DNA from: Tortispora ganteri
Lineage: Eukaryota
Assembly: GCA_003707115.1 (NCBI GenBank)
Contig: PPNB01000022.1
Coordinates: 1 to 64,000, forward strand
DNA: 64,000 nt
Direction of reading: 5' to 3'
Shown here: positions 34,693-46,000 of the stretch, one piece after another
Layout: every line of letters begins with the position of its first letter
How positions within the stretch are numbered: the stretch's first letter is position 1
The notes under the pieces: model-generated
What the model saw: the letters and a program-made list of their open reading frames with translations, nothing else
Told to the model about the DNA's origin: nothing
The model's database searches: none
Position numbers and translations under genes: made by a program

Positions 34693-34733
34693 TTCTCGTT
34701 AAGCAGATTCTAGTTAAACAGATTCTCGTTAAA
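34693..34733. repeat. ~2.7 copies of a 15-bp tandem repeat (TTCTMGTTAARCAGA)
   Basis: ttctcgttaagcaga / ttctagttaaacaga / ttctcgttaaa. Confidence 0.8.
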
Positions 34734-35475
34734 TAACACCAGAGTTTAGCGAACTACTATACCACGTGAGCCTCCCATTAAAAGGAGAAGTGGCCCACGC
34801 GATGCGAACATCATTAAACGTATTCTTAATCCGGTAATGTTCCCTCTCTAACCGAGAACTCCGATTTATGACTTCGCGCGAGATTAGAACTAGACAGTGA
34901 ACGCAAAAACAATAGCCTTTGACCAGTTAGGGACTGGGGTTAAAATTGTGTTGGTTGATTCTCACTGTAATACTAACTTTGACCGTTGAAAGGATAAATA
35001 ATATTCACACATCCACAATCAAGTCTACCTTAATCATCTTCCTTGTGTTTTGCAAACAAGCAATCGTAACCAGAATCGTGCGTTGTTATGTTTTTTATCA
35101 CCTTGTTTGTGCACTCTTCATCTTTCGTCAAAATTTGCTTAAACTATGATAAAATCTAACTTTTTGTGATTAAAATAGTCGATTACAAAATTCGTAAACG
35201 CGAGAATGTGAACTTTATCAATTCTAACTATAATGTTTATTAAGCTTTATTGCTCAATATGGGGAATCCGCTCGTAGAATAGACAGACAAAATTGATGAA
35301 CATGCATGCTTTTGTCATATGCGTTTGTCGACCTAAAATACCGCATATAGCATTAAAATGATCACATATCTGCGCAAAAATTCCGCGTATTATTGTACGG
35401 CGGCCATAATCTCCAGCCAGCAACAATGACCGTAACAGACAGGCTTTATAAGCTTCGGTAACTATCTTTGCCAAA

Positions 35476-36525
35476 TTAACGCGACGTCCATTCCGGTACC
35501 GGGGTCAGGAGCTCGTGCTTAGTAATTGCGGATTCTAAATTAGCAATAGTATGACACTCCATGCTGTACTGAGTCTCTCGGGAGTGGGTGCCCATATGTG
35601 GTAGTAGCAAGACATTCGGGTTATTGACCAGCCCTTCATGGATTTTGGGCTCATTCTCATAGACATCTAATCCTACGCTGGCCACTTTTCCACTTTCAAG
35701 CGCTTCAACTAGCGCACTTTCGTCAATAACTCCACCGCGTGCTGTGTTCACAATAAATACACCATCTTTCATCTTGCTGAATGCCTCCTTGTTCAGCGTG
35801 TGGCGTGTATTTGCGTTCAATGGCAGGTTCATCGATATCACATCCGAAGTCGCAAGCAGTTCTTCCATACTTACGTACTTGCTGTCTTTCTCCTTCTCAG
35901 GGCTAAGTCGACGACGATTGTAATACTGTACTTTCATACCAAATGGTACCATACGATCACGCACCGCCTGACCAATGCCGCCCATTCCGACAATACCGAG
36001 CACTTTATCTTCGACGTCCCGTCCCACTGGGGTGCCAAAAATCCAATTGCCTTCGCGCAGGTTCTTTGCCGCATAAGAAAAGTTCCGTAATGCGCCAATA
36101 ATCAGATACACCGCCGTGTCTGCAGTTGCCGCATCCGCCTTGTCTGTGACATTGCTCACTGCCACTCCATGTTTTGCACACGCAACTGCATCGATTTGAT
36201 CGTATCCAGCACCGTTGTGTGCAATGTACTTCAGAGATTCCGGAAACTGTTTCACAAGCGCTTCGTCAATTAATCCAGTTTGTTTCACAGAACTAAAAGT
36301 TCGGTAAATACCAACAACGTCACTGTATTTGCCTTTCAAATCCTTAACAAACTCATCGCGATTCTTTGAAGTGCATTCAGATAGTCTCGCAATGCTCGAT
36401 AATTTCTCCCATTCTTTCTTTGCGTGCACAATCGGGCCTAAAAGTAGTAAATGTGGCTTATTAACACTAGACATAGTTCGAATACCTATTCTTTTCGCAA
36501 TATTAGTTCCTGAAGTTCTTATCAT
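35476..36525 (-). CDS. GOR1: D-2-hydroxyacid dehydrogenase, glyoxylate reductase type
   Basis: 'HNGAGYDQID', Rossmann 'GIVGMGGIG', 'IVNTARGGVIDE', 'GLDVYENEP', 'LLPHMGT'. Second Met at 36474. Confidence 0.88.
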   Translation of the reverse strand: MIRTSGTNIAKRIGIRTMSSVNKPHLLLLGPIVHAKKEWEKLSSIARLSECTSKNRDEFVKDLKGKYSDVVGIYRTFSSVKQTGLIDEALVKQFPESLKYIAHNGAGYDQIDAVACAKHGVAVSNVTDKADAATADTAVYLIIGALRNFSYAAKNLREGNWIFGTPVGRDVEDKVLGIVGMGGIGQAVRDRMVPFGMKVQYYNRRRLSPEKEKDSKYVSMEELLATSDVISMNLPLNANTRHTLNKEAFSKMKDGVFIVNTARGGVIDESALVEALESGKVASVGLDVYENEPKIHEGLVNNPNVLLLPHMGTHSRETQYSMECHTIANLESAITKHELLTPVPEWTSR

Positions 36526-36561
36526 TCGTTAAGTACGTCCTTGGTGTCGTAACTTGCGTTC

Positions 36562-36663
36562 CCCCGCATTGGCTATTCGATCCCCACCATACTACTCTCT
36601 CTGATTCCCCCCACTATCTCACCCTCCATTGAAATACCCCACTATCCTACTCTCTAACCCCAC
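36562..36663 (-). promoter_or_regulatory. Cluster of five SYGGGG (Mig1/CreA-type) boxes upstream of GOR1
   Basis: CCCCGC at 36562 and CCCCAC at 36582, 36609, 36637 and 36658 on +. Confidence 0.5.
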
Positions 36664-36798
36664 CAAATACAGTAGCGCGTTAAATATATACAATAAAGCA
36701 ATTAACTTTTATAATGTCCCCAATTATAATAATTATACCATCGACACATAGCGTCTTGCTATTCAGTACAAATATCGAATTGATCGCAAATAACATTT

Positions 36799-36821
36799 GT
36801 GTCACGTGACACGTCACGTGA
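36799..36821. promoter_or_regulatory. Tandem bHLH E-boxes (GTCACGTG x2, Cbf1/Tye7-type) in the GOR1-TRA1 divergent promoter
   Basis: gtgtcacgtgacacgtcacgtga, including the perfect 14-bp palindrome GTGTCACGTGACAC. Confidence 0.65.
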
Positions 36822-37057
36822 AACTACTAAGATTTTACACCCTCCTACTCCCACATGAAGATTTCTATCCTCGAGCGAGCACCTTTCAACCTCGTCACTG
36901 CCCCCCAGTAACGTGACTTTTGTTCACTTTTACTTACTGTATTTTATTTGTGTTCTATAAACTGTTTATTCTTTAGTATTGGAAAAAAAAATACATCTCG
37001 ATTGTCACTGCAGCCGTTGTCTTTTACAGAATACTACCAATTGCAATAACAACAACA

Positions 37058-40000
37058 ATGGCTGCACTATCTATCGAAACTGTAAAGAACCTCACCGATA
37101 AAATTACCGATTCAAAACATGAACTTAGGACAAGGCTTGTAGCACTAATAGAACTCAAAGAAGTCTCTGATAAGATCCTTCCTTCTCCTGATTATACACA
37201 AATCGTGCCTCTGCTCGTTCCTGCTCTCTATTCTACACTGGACTCTACCCCGCCGTCGTTCAATGCTGCAACTGTTGATCAGAGGTTCAGAAATACGATA
37301 ATTTCAGTGCTATACCGTCTTCCAATGGATGAAAATCTACAACCATTCGTTTCTGAACTTATAAATGTCCTCACGAACGTAATCAAAACCGACAATGAAG
37401 AGAACGGTACTCTTAGCATCAAATTTCTCTCTTCCATCTTCAGATCCTACAAGACCGCCATCACCGACAAGGTTCAACCATTCTTGGACTTGGTATGCAA
37501 TATTTATAGAAATATGCCCGCAGTAGTACGTGAATCATTTGAGTCATCTTCAGCTGCTACAGCTACCCCAGGCACTGCACCAGCCATGGCTTCTCCTGAA
37601 TCGGCCGTGAATACATTCTCTTCCCCCTGGACCGCGTCGTCCCCTGGTATCTCATCAGATCTTGCAGATGGTTCTATCGGCAAACCGCTCGCTAAAGCCA
37701 TGTGCTCTTTCAAGGTCCTCACTGAGTGCCCAATCATTGTGGTGATGCTGTTCACTGCTCATAAAGAATTCATCGAGCCAAACTTGCCAGTGTTGATAGA
37801 ACAGGTTATTCATATGCTCAGACTCGAAGCTCCCGCTCAAGCGGAAGCTCGCCCGAATGCTGAAGCGCATAATGAGCTTTATACTATTGTCTCGCCTGCT
37901 ATCAAGAATCGACACTTATTTGGCGAATTCATTACTGCCCAAGTGAAAACAATGTCGTTCCTCGCTTATGCTTTAAGAACTTTCTCTTCATCTCTTGAGA
38001 ACTATCATAACGAAATACCCGAGTTTGTTGTCAGACTCTTGCAGGATTGTCCTCGCGAGCTCTCTGCCTCTCGAAAGGAATTGCTCGTAGCTACCCGTCA
38101 TTTCCTTTCTACTGATGTCCGAACAGCTTTCATTCCTAAAATAGATATACTTCTAGAACGAAATGTTCTAGTCGGAGATGGACTCACTGTGTATGAAACG
38201 CTGAGACCGTTGGCTTACTCTATGGTAGCAGACTTAATACATCATGTTCGAAACGAACTTTCCGTAAAACAAATATGGAAAGCTGTGCGAGTATACTGTG
38301 CTAATATGCAGGATATGTCACTCTCTAATTCATTTCACATTATGTCTGCCAAATTGTTACTGAATTTGGTCGAACGTATCATGCAGTTGCAGGACAACCT
38401 AGAAGGACGTCAGCTGCTCATCACGATCATATCCGCTTTTGCTGACAAGTTTGCACAGCTCAATATGTGTTATCCTCATGCTCTCGCAAGTGCGTCTAAG
38501 GAAATCAAATCCGGTGACAAAGCGGCTTCTGATGAGATGCAAGTCGATACAGATACAAATTCATTTGCATCGCTTGATTTTTTTGACGTTAATCAAGCAT
38601 TTCCTATTAAAATTGGAACGGAAACTCGCATTGATGGTTTAAAAGATGGAAAAAACCTTTTTAAAGGACTAATGACTTTCTTACGCACGAGCATGTTTGG
38701 TCTCAAAAACTGCAACCCTCCTCCCCCACCTACCGAAATGCCTGATCTTCAATGGAACGATTGCGTTCGTGGACTGACTTATGACGAAGTGCTAATGTTT
38801 AGAAAACTCTTCAGAGAAGGTATTAAATGTTTCTCGTACTTTTCATCACCGAAGACGACCGCTGTTAACGAACAGAACTCAGCAAAAATTGAATCCTCAC
38901 TAAACTCGAAGGAAGAGCGTGAAAATATGGAATTTTTTGCAACGGTATTTATACATATAGACCCGCCGTCTTTTAATGAGATATTAGAGTCTGAAATGGA
39001 AAATCTATATATGGCAATTGCAGAAAACAGCACGCTACTCTATCTTCCTCAGTTTTTCTTATCATCAGAAGCCACTTCCACTAATTGCGTCATAATTCTC
39101 ATGGATTTCTTGGTTAAAAATCTCGAAAACCTTGGGAAATCGGATTCTGCTCAGACATCAGTAATGATGCGACTATTCAAGCTCAGTTTCATGGCTGTCA
39201 ATCTCTTTCCAGCTGCAAACGAGGACTCGCTGCTTCCTTATCTCCAGAAACTTATTGTTTCTTGCATGAAGTTATCTACATCTGCCGAAGAACCTCTAAA
39301 CTATTTTATATTGCTTAGAACATTGTTCCGATCTATAGGTGGAGGCCGATTTGAGAAATTATATAAGGAAGTTCTACCTCTATTGCAAACACTTTTAGAC
39401 TCGCTGAACAACTTGCTTCTTTCTGCACGGATCCCTCAAGCACGTGACCTGTACGTTGAACTGTGCTTAACTGTCCCGGTAAGACTCTCCGTCTTGGTGC
39501 CTCATTTGAGCTATTTGATGCTCCCGTTAGTCATAGCTTTGAGAGATTCTCCGGAATTGGTTTCGCAAGGCTTAAGAACTCTAGAACTTTGCGTTGACAA
39601 TCTTACAGCTGAATACTTTGACCCAATACTTGAACCATATATCTCAGATGTCATGGCTGCATTGTGGTCACATTTAAGACCTCTTCCTTACTCTCACGTT
39701 CATGCACATACAGCTCTGCGAATACTTGGTAAGCTAGGTGGGAGGAATCGACGATTTTTGCAACCGCCAGATGACTTTGAATTCCGTAGGTATCTCAAAG
39801 AGGATCCAGCTATATATTTCAAGCTAAATGGTATCAAAGAGGCTCAAAAATTTGAATTTGTGGTACCAGTGGCTAAACATGCAATTCAGTTGCTCGATAA
39901 CCCGCGACTTGATTCCAGGTATCATGTTTATGCATTCAAGTATTTAGCAGAGGTCTCTAAAATGCTTTTCCGCTCAGCAAGGATTCCTGAAGACTATGAG

Positions 40001-43000
40001 GGCACTATGCATAATGTTATTCAGTTGTCGTTAATGGAGAACCCACCGAAATTTACGCTGAATGAAGAGATCACTGATGCAGATGAAAAGCTCTCTTCGA
40101 TCAATTATATGGAGACATGTGTTGACCAGGAGAATAAATTTATGAAATCAGTTATTGAAGCACTGTTTTCTACGGCACATCTCCCTGATGTCAAGGAAGA
40201 AGCAGTATCTCTTCTGAAGAATATTGCTGAGCATGTCATCCTGTTGGAGTTTGATAAAGTTCCTCGAACTATTTTGGCGCGAACGGCTGTCGACTTTAAT
40301 ATAGACAAGGATTTGCGCGTTCCGCATTTAGACCTTATCGAGGGATTTTTAATTTCCCTTGCCCACGCTATGAGCTCCTGGAGAGTTGAGACTGTGGATA
40401 TTGCCAAAGAGATAGAGAATCATATGCTGGATACTCTTCAAAGGTTTTTCAAAAATACTGCAGACCTTCTAAACTTTGTTGGCGTCCTTGATATGATATC
40501 TGCATTTTGCCATACTTGTCACAATAGTTTGTGGTATGTGAAACACGGCGGAGTTATCGCGTTAACGATCATTTTTGATCGCTGCGACGAAAACAACAAA
40601 GCATCTCTAACCTGGTTCCATAAACGTTTATTTGAGATTGTTCGTGCGTTACTGTTTGTTCTTAAAGATATTTCACCCGAGACGCCCACATTTGTTAGCA
40701 CTGCTGCGAAAGACTTGCTGCTCAAAATACTGAAACAATATTGCAGCCAACTCTCAGAAGACGAAGTGACCCTTAAGAAGTTCCAGCAGCTGTGTGGTAT
40801 ACTTGCCTACGATCTTGTCAACCCGTCAGAACTTGTTAGAAAGTCTATTAAGGACGCTTTTGTTGCCATTTCTGAAATAACCGGTAAACCGCAAACAGAC
40901 TTACTTTATCCGGTCAAGGCCACATTTCTTCAACCAATTTTTGGCAAGCCTTTACGTGCATTGCCTTTCCCTAACCAAGTAGGCAACATCGACGCAGTTG
41001 TATTTTGCATGGGTCTATCTGAAGACTTCTTAGAATTTAATGATGAGCTAAAACGCCTTATTGCCGAGGTCATGGCAATAGCAGATGCTGATGATGAATC
41101 TCTAGCTTCGGCGCACAAAGTTGATGAGTACAGAACGAGCATTCAACTAGTACAGCTTCGCATTCGATGCATAAAGCTGTTGTCTTTGGTGATCAATAGT
41201 CAATACTTTATAACTTCGGATGAAGAACAGAAGCAGGAGAAAGGTCAGGCTAGAGCTAGAATTCTTGCTATCTTTTTTAAAACCCTATACTTGAAGGATA
41301 GCGAGATAGTGGATGCAGCTCACGAATGCTTAGCGGATTATCTAGCGCAAAATAACAAACTGCCTCGTGATATTCTGCAGATAGGATTAAAACCTATTTT
41401 GATGAATATATCGGATCACACAAGATTAACTGTCAGTGGGCTTGAAGGTCTGGGAAGACTGTTGGAACTATTAACAAAATACTTTAAAGTCGAGATTGGC
41501 CATAAGCTTTTTGATCATCTGAAAACACTTTCGGATCCAGTTTCACTTCTGGCAGCTTCTTCGCGAGTTCTTTGGTCTCAGCAAAAGATCAAGATCATGG
41601 CCGCGATATATGCGGTCTACCATTGTCTGCCTGCTGCGGCATCAATATTTTTGAATGACCTTGCTACCACTTTGTTACAATTGGAAAGCCAGCTTCATGT
41701 CTCTATTATGAGCCCGTTCAGAAAACCGTTAGCGTTATTCACCAATCGCCATCACGATGAATCAGCAGCCTATTTTGCTGCACGAATCAAAGAAGGTCCC
41801 ATGAGTCATCTCTTCATAGGTCTCTTAAAGGAAAAATGCAGCACTGAACTACGTACTGTTGTTGCAACAAAACTTACTGAAATAATAGATGAGTCTATCT
41901 ACACCGAAGAGAATATTGAAGCGCGTTCAATTGGAATATGTAACCTGATTGAAGTTATATCAACTCTATCATCCTATGACTCCGAATTTATCAAGAAGAA
42001 TCAGAGCCTATTCCCTAAATTGATAGCCATGTTTGCCGATCTCCATACTGTTATCAACACGACCTGGCTCACTTCACCAGTTCATCTTAGCTCCAAGCGC
42101 GCTCAAGCTTTACTTGAAGAACTTATGCGAGACTACTTCACGGAGTTCCCTGCAGATAGCGATACTCTTTACACACTCATTGAGCACGTCGTTAATGAAG
42201 ATATCAGCAGCGTTAACACTCTACACATAATTATTTTCGACCTAATTGTTAGCAATACTGATGCTGTGATTCGTGGAAGTTATTTAGAGAGCGCTCTCAA
42301 ATTTGCATCTACAGCTTCTATTGCTGGAAAGGTTTATGTTTTCAAGTATATTATAAATATGATCCTGATGAAAGAAGCTGCCTGTCACAATGATCTTTCT
42401 GCGCTGGTCGAAAAAGCGTCCCCTAATATAGGATCTAAACCTAATTGGTTAGAACAGGTGTTTGTGCACGTTTGGAAGAACTCTTCATTGGATAGTTTGG
42501 ATGAAGCATCAGGGGTGATTGACAAATATCGTTTCCAATTACTGCAACTTACTTGCATTGTAATTAAATACGGTGCACCGCTAGTTAATGATATTCGCAA
42601 GGATATTATCAAGTTCTTGTGGGGCTGTGGAAGAATTGAAGACGTACTTTCAAAGCAGGCTAACCATTTAGTAATTGTTCATTTCATTGATGCTTTTGAA
42701 ACTCCTGCTAAAATGGTTACGCAAGTATACGTTTCGTTGCTGAAATCCCAGCAGTCTGAAGCCAGAATATTAGTCCGCGAGTCACTAGATGTACTCTCTG
42801 TGCGACTTGTCAGTAGAATTGGCCCGTCTAAATGGGCTAAATGGGTTTACCGAGTTCTTCAGGAGGAACTTCAACATGTTTCTCAGGTCGTGAACATATT
42901 CTATTTTATTTCAACAAAGAGAGATATGTTCTATCCTCACAGAAGCATGTTTGCTGCTGCTATGGTTAACGCGATCCCTAAGCTGGCTTTTTCCGGCTCT

Positions 43001-46000
43001 TCGCCTGTAGACCATGCGTCTGAGAATCTGGTCCTTGCTATCGATTTAGCTAGCACTATTTTAGAGTGGATCCAGAGACAAAAATTAGAAGCTTCCGACA
43101 CGGAATCAAGTGAATTACAAGCTCCGCGAAGATCTAAACGCAAGCATGACGAAAATGTCAAAGAAGGCGAAGAAGATGTTGAATTGGTAGTATCTGAACC
43201 TATAGAGTTATCTCTAAATGCTAAAGAGAGCTTGGTGTCCTGTTTGATTCGATTGATATGCATGCACCCTAAGAAAGTCTCTGATAATGAGCTTTACCGC
43301 AAGATAATTAAAATTTTGAGCGGACTTCTGGGACCGGATGTATGGCCGGATGTTACCAACGCTATTCAACTAGATGTCTTTGAACGCACTATAGCACTCA
43401 ATGACACTGATGAACGTTCTGTGAACATCACGATTAATACTTTGGAAGTCATTTACATTGTTTTGCAGAGCAAACCTAAAGAGTGGGTCGAGAGATCATA
43501 TGAGACATTCACTAAGCTATTGGATCAGGCTATTAAATGCGACTCTTTGGTTGTTCACGAAACTTTGGAGAAAATAATCGATTTCCTTCTGAATCATATA
43601 TCTACTGTATACGCGGAGACCGAAGGTGATGAAGAAAACACCATGCCTGATGGACCGGAGCAACTTGTTCAGCTGATTACGCAAACTATCCAAGATAAGC
43701 TTACTAGCGCTGTTTCTGCTAGTGGCAATTCATCAACCACACAGAAGAATGCCGCGTCGTCTGATTCAAATGAGCCTGATATCTCTGTAGGCAAATCCTA
43801 TGGTGCAGGTGTCATTCTAGCTTCCTCTTTAGTGAAGTTTATGCCTCGCCGAAGTGACTCACTCCTCCCCTTATTTATGAAAGCGTTTGGCAGACTATGT
43901 CGTGAGCACATCATGCTAATGCAGCAGAGGAACCAGCAGTCAGCATCTGCGAGAAATGGATCACAATCTCCAGAAAATCCGATTGATACGATTCAGTTTG
44001 AGCATAATTCAGGAATTATTAGAGATTTGATATTCCGCATGCTTGATATCGGTAAAACAAGGATTGCAGCTCTAGGAGATCAGCGTCGTACTTTCTTATC
44101 TGTGCTTGAACGGTTAGTTGAATGGTCTACCGACATTCAGCTTTGTCAGAAATTATTGAGGCTGGTCCATTCATGGATATTTGAACCCAAGGAAGTTTTC
44201 CCAACGATCAAAGAGAAGACAATGCTAGTTGCGAAGATGACTGTATTCGAAGCTCGTGACAATGCCGAGCTGACTGAGGACTTTTATGATATGGTCACTT
44301 CCATTTTCTCACATCCGCAACTATTGAAGACAGATCTGGTTATCCGGCTTGAACATTCGTTCCTGATTGGTACCAGAATTGAGAATTTCACGGTGAGGAA
44401 ACGTTTAATGAATATTCTGGACAACTCATTGAATAGAAATGCTTGGATGAGGTTATGGTACGTGTTGAAATATCAAAACTGGGAAAGCTTGTCTGATAGC
44501 ATGTGGTTAAACCAAGCTTTGCAACTGATATATGGTGCAATCAATAGGGAACAGAATGTTCAACCTGAGGGCAACCGATTGACAGCTCGTCCTATTACGT
44601 CTGTGTTTGAAAGCATTGACGAAAGCGATGGAATGCAAATTGACTTAGATGACGAAGTTTCTGCGGCGGTTGCGTCATTTTTGGATGATCGAAAAATATT
44701 CATAGACTCTATGTCAGTTCTCTCTATTGGCTCACTTATTGACTCCGTGGTTGAGATGCAGTATGTAGCACCGGAAATTGTGCGCCTTATGTGGATAAAC
44801 ATGTTTTCTGTCATATGCTGCAACGTTTCTAAACGTGATTTGAGTGAACTATTTCAGATACTTCTCTCTTTGTTCTCACGAGACTATCACACAAGACAGG
44901 CCGATAAAAATCCCAATGTCGTCTCTATAATGTTGGAGGGCTTGCATCACGTTTCTGACAAACTGATTCTTCCTCCTCATTTAATAAAATTTCTTGGTAA
45001 AGCTTACAATGGCTGGTATGATGCCATTGGAATGCTAGAGGAGTATCCTGAAAACTCATATACATCTGACGAAAAAGTCCGCGAGGCTGCGTTGGATGCT
45101 CTGGCTGAACTTTATTCATCTTTAGAAGAGACTGATATGTTTTATGGTCTGTGGAGGCGTCGCTGCGAATATACTGAAACCAACGTCGCTATTTCTCATG
45201 AACAAGTAAGCCAGTGGGAAAAAGCTCAGCAGCTATACGAAGCTGCACAGATAAAAGCAAGAAGCGGCGTCCTGCCATATAGTGAACGCGAGTACGGTCT
45301 ATGGGAGGACCACTGGATTTTGTGCGAGCAGAAACTACAACAATGGGACGTATTGACTGAGATTGCTAAACATGAAAATTTTACTGACCTTTTGCTTGAA
45401 TGCGCATGGCGCATGGCCGACTGGGCGAGTGACGGCGAACCTCTTGAGCAATCGATAAAGACTGTCATGGATATACCAACACCGAGACGACAGGTGTTTG
45501 AGGCATTTATGCATCTACAGAAATGTCTACAGAAGACTGAGTCTCTCAGTGATTTGTCGAAGTCATGCGACGAAGGTATACAACTTTCTCTTAGAAAGTG
45601 GAGAACGTTGCCAATGCGAATTTCCGACGCCCATATTCCCTTGTTGGAGACATTTCAGCGATATGTGGAACTTATGGAAGCCAGTCAAATATACCAGAAT
45701 CTTCATGCCACTAACGTACAGAATCTGGAAAGCAAAACTCAAGAGCTTAAAGGCATTCTACAGGCTTGGCGCGAACGTCTGCCTAATGTATGGGACGATT
45801 TTAATATTTGGAGTGATCTTGTCACCTGGCGACAAAATGTATTTTCTGTTATCAACAAGGTGTACATTCCAATGGTGTCAGCTCTTCAAGCTGCTGGAGT
45901 AAACAGTTCTAGCGCTAATTCTTACGGATATCGTGGATACCATGAAATAGCTTGGATCATAAACAGATTTGCACACGTTGCAAGATTGCAGGATATGTCA

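Noticed and set aside
35446..35478. Stop-codon readthrough of GOR1 to a cryptic PTS1
   Set aside because: The stop is TAA-TTT (not a leaky context) and the extension would end in -RSL, not a canonical PTS1.
36680..36920. Point centromere seeded by CDEI-like GTCACGTG
   Set aside because: Neither flank has a >90% AT CDEII followed by a CDEIII CCGAA core.
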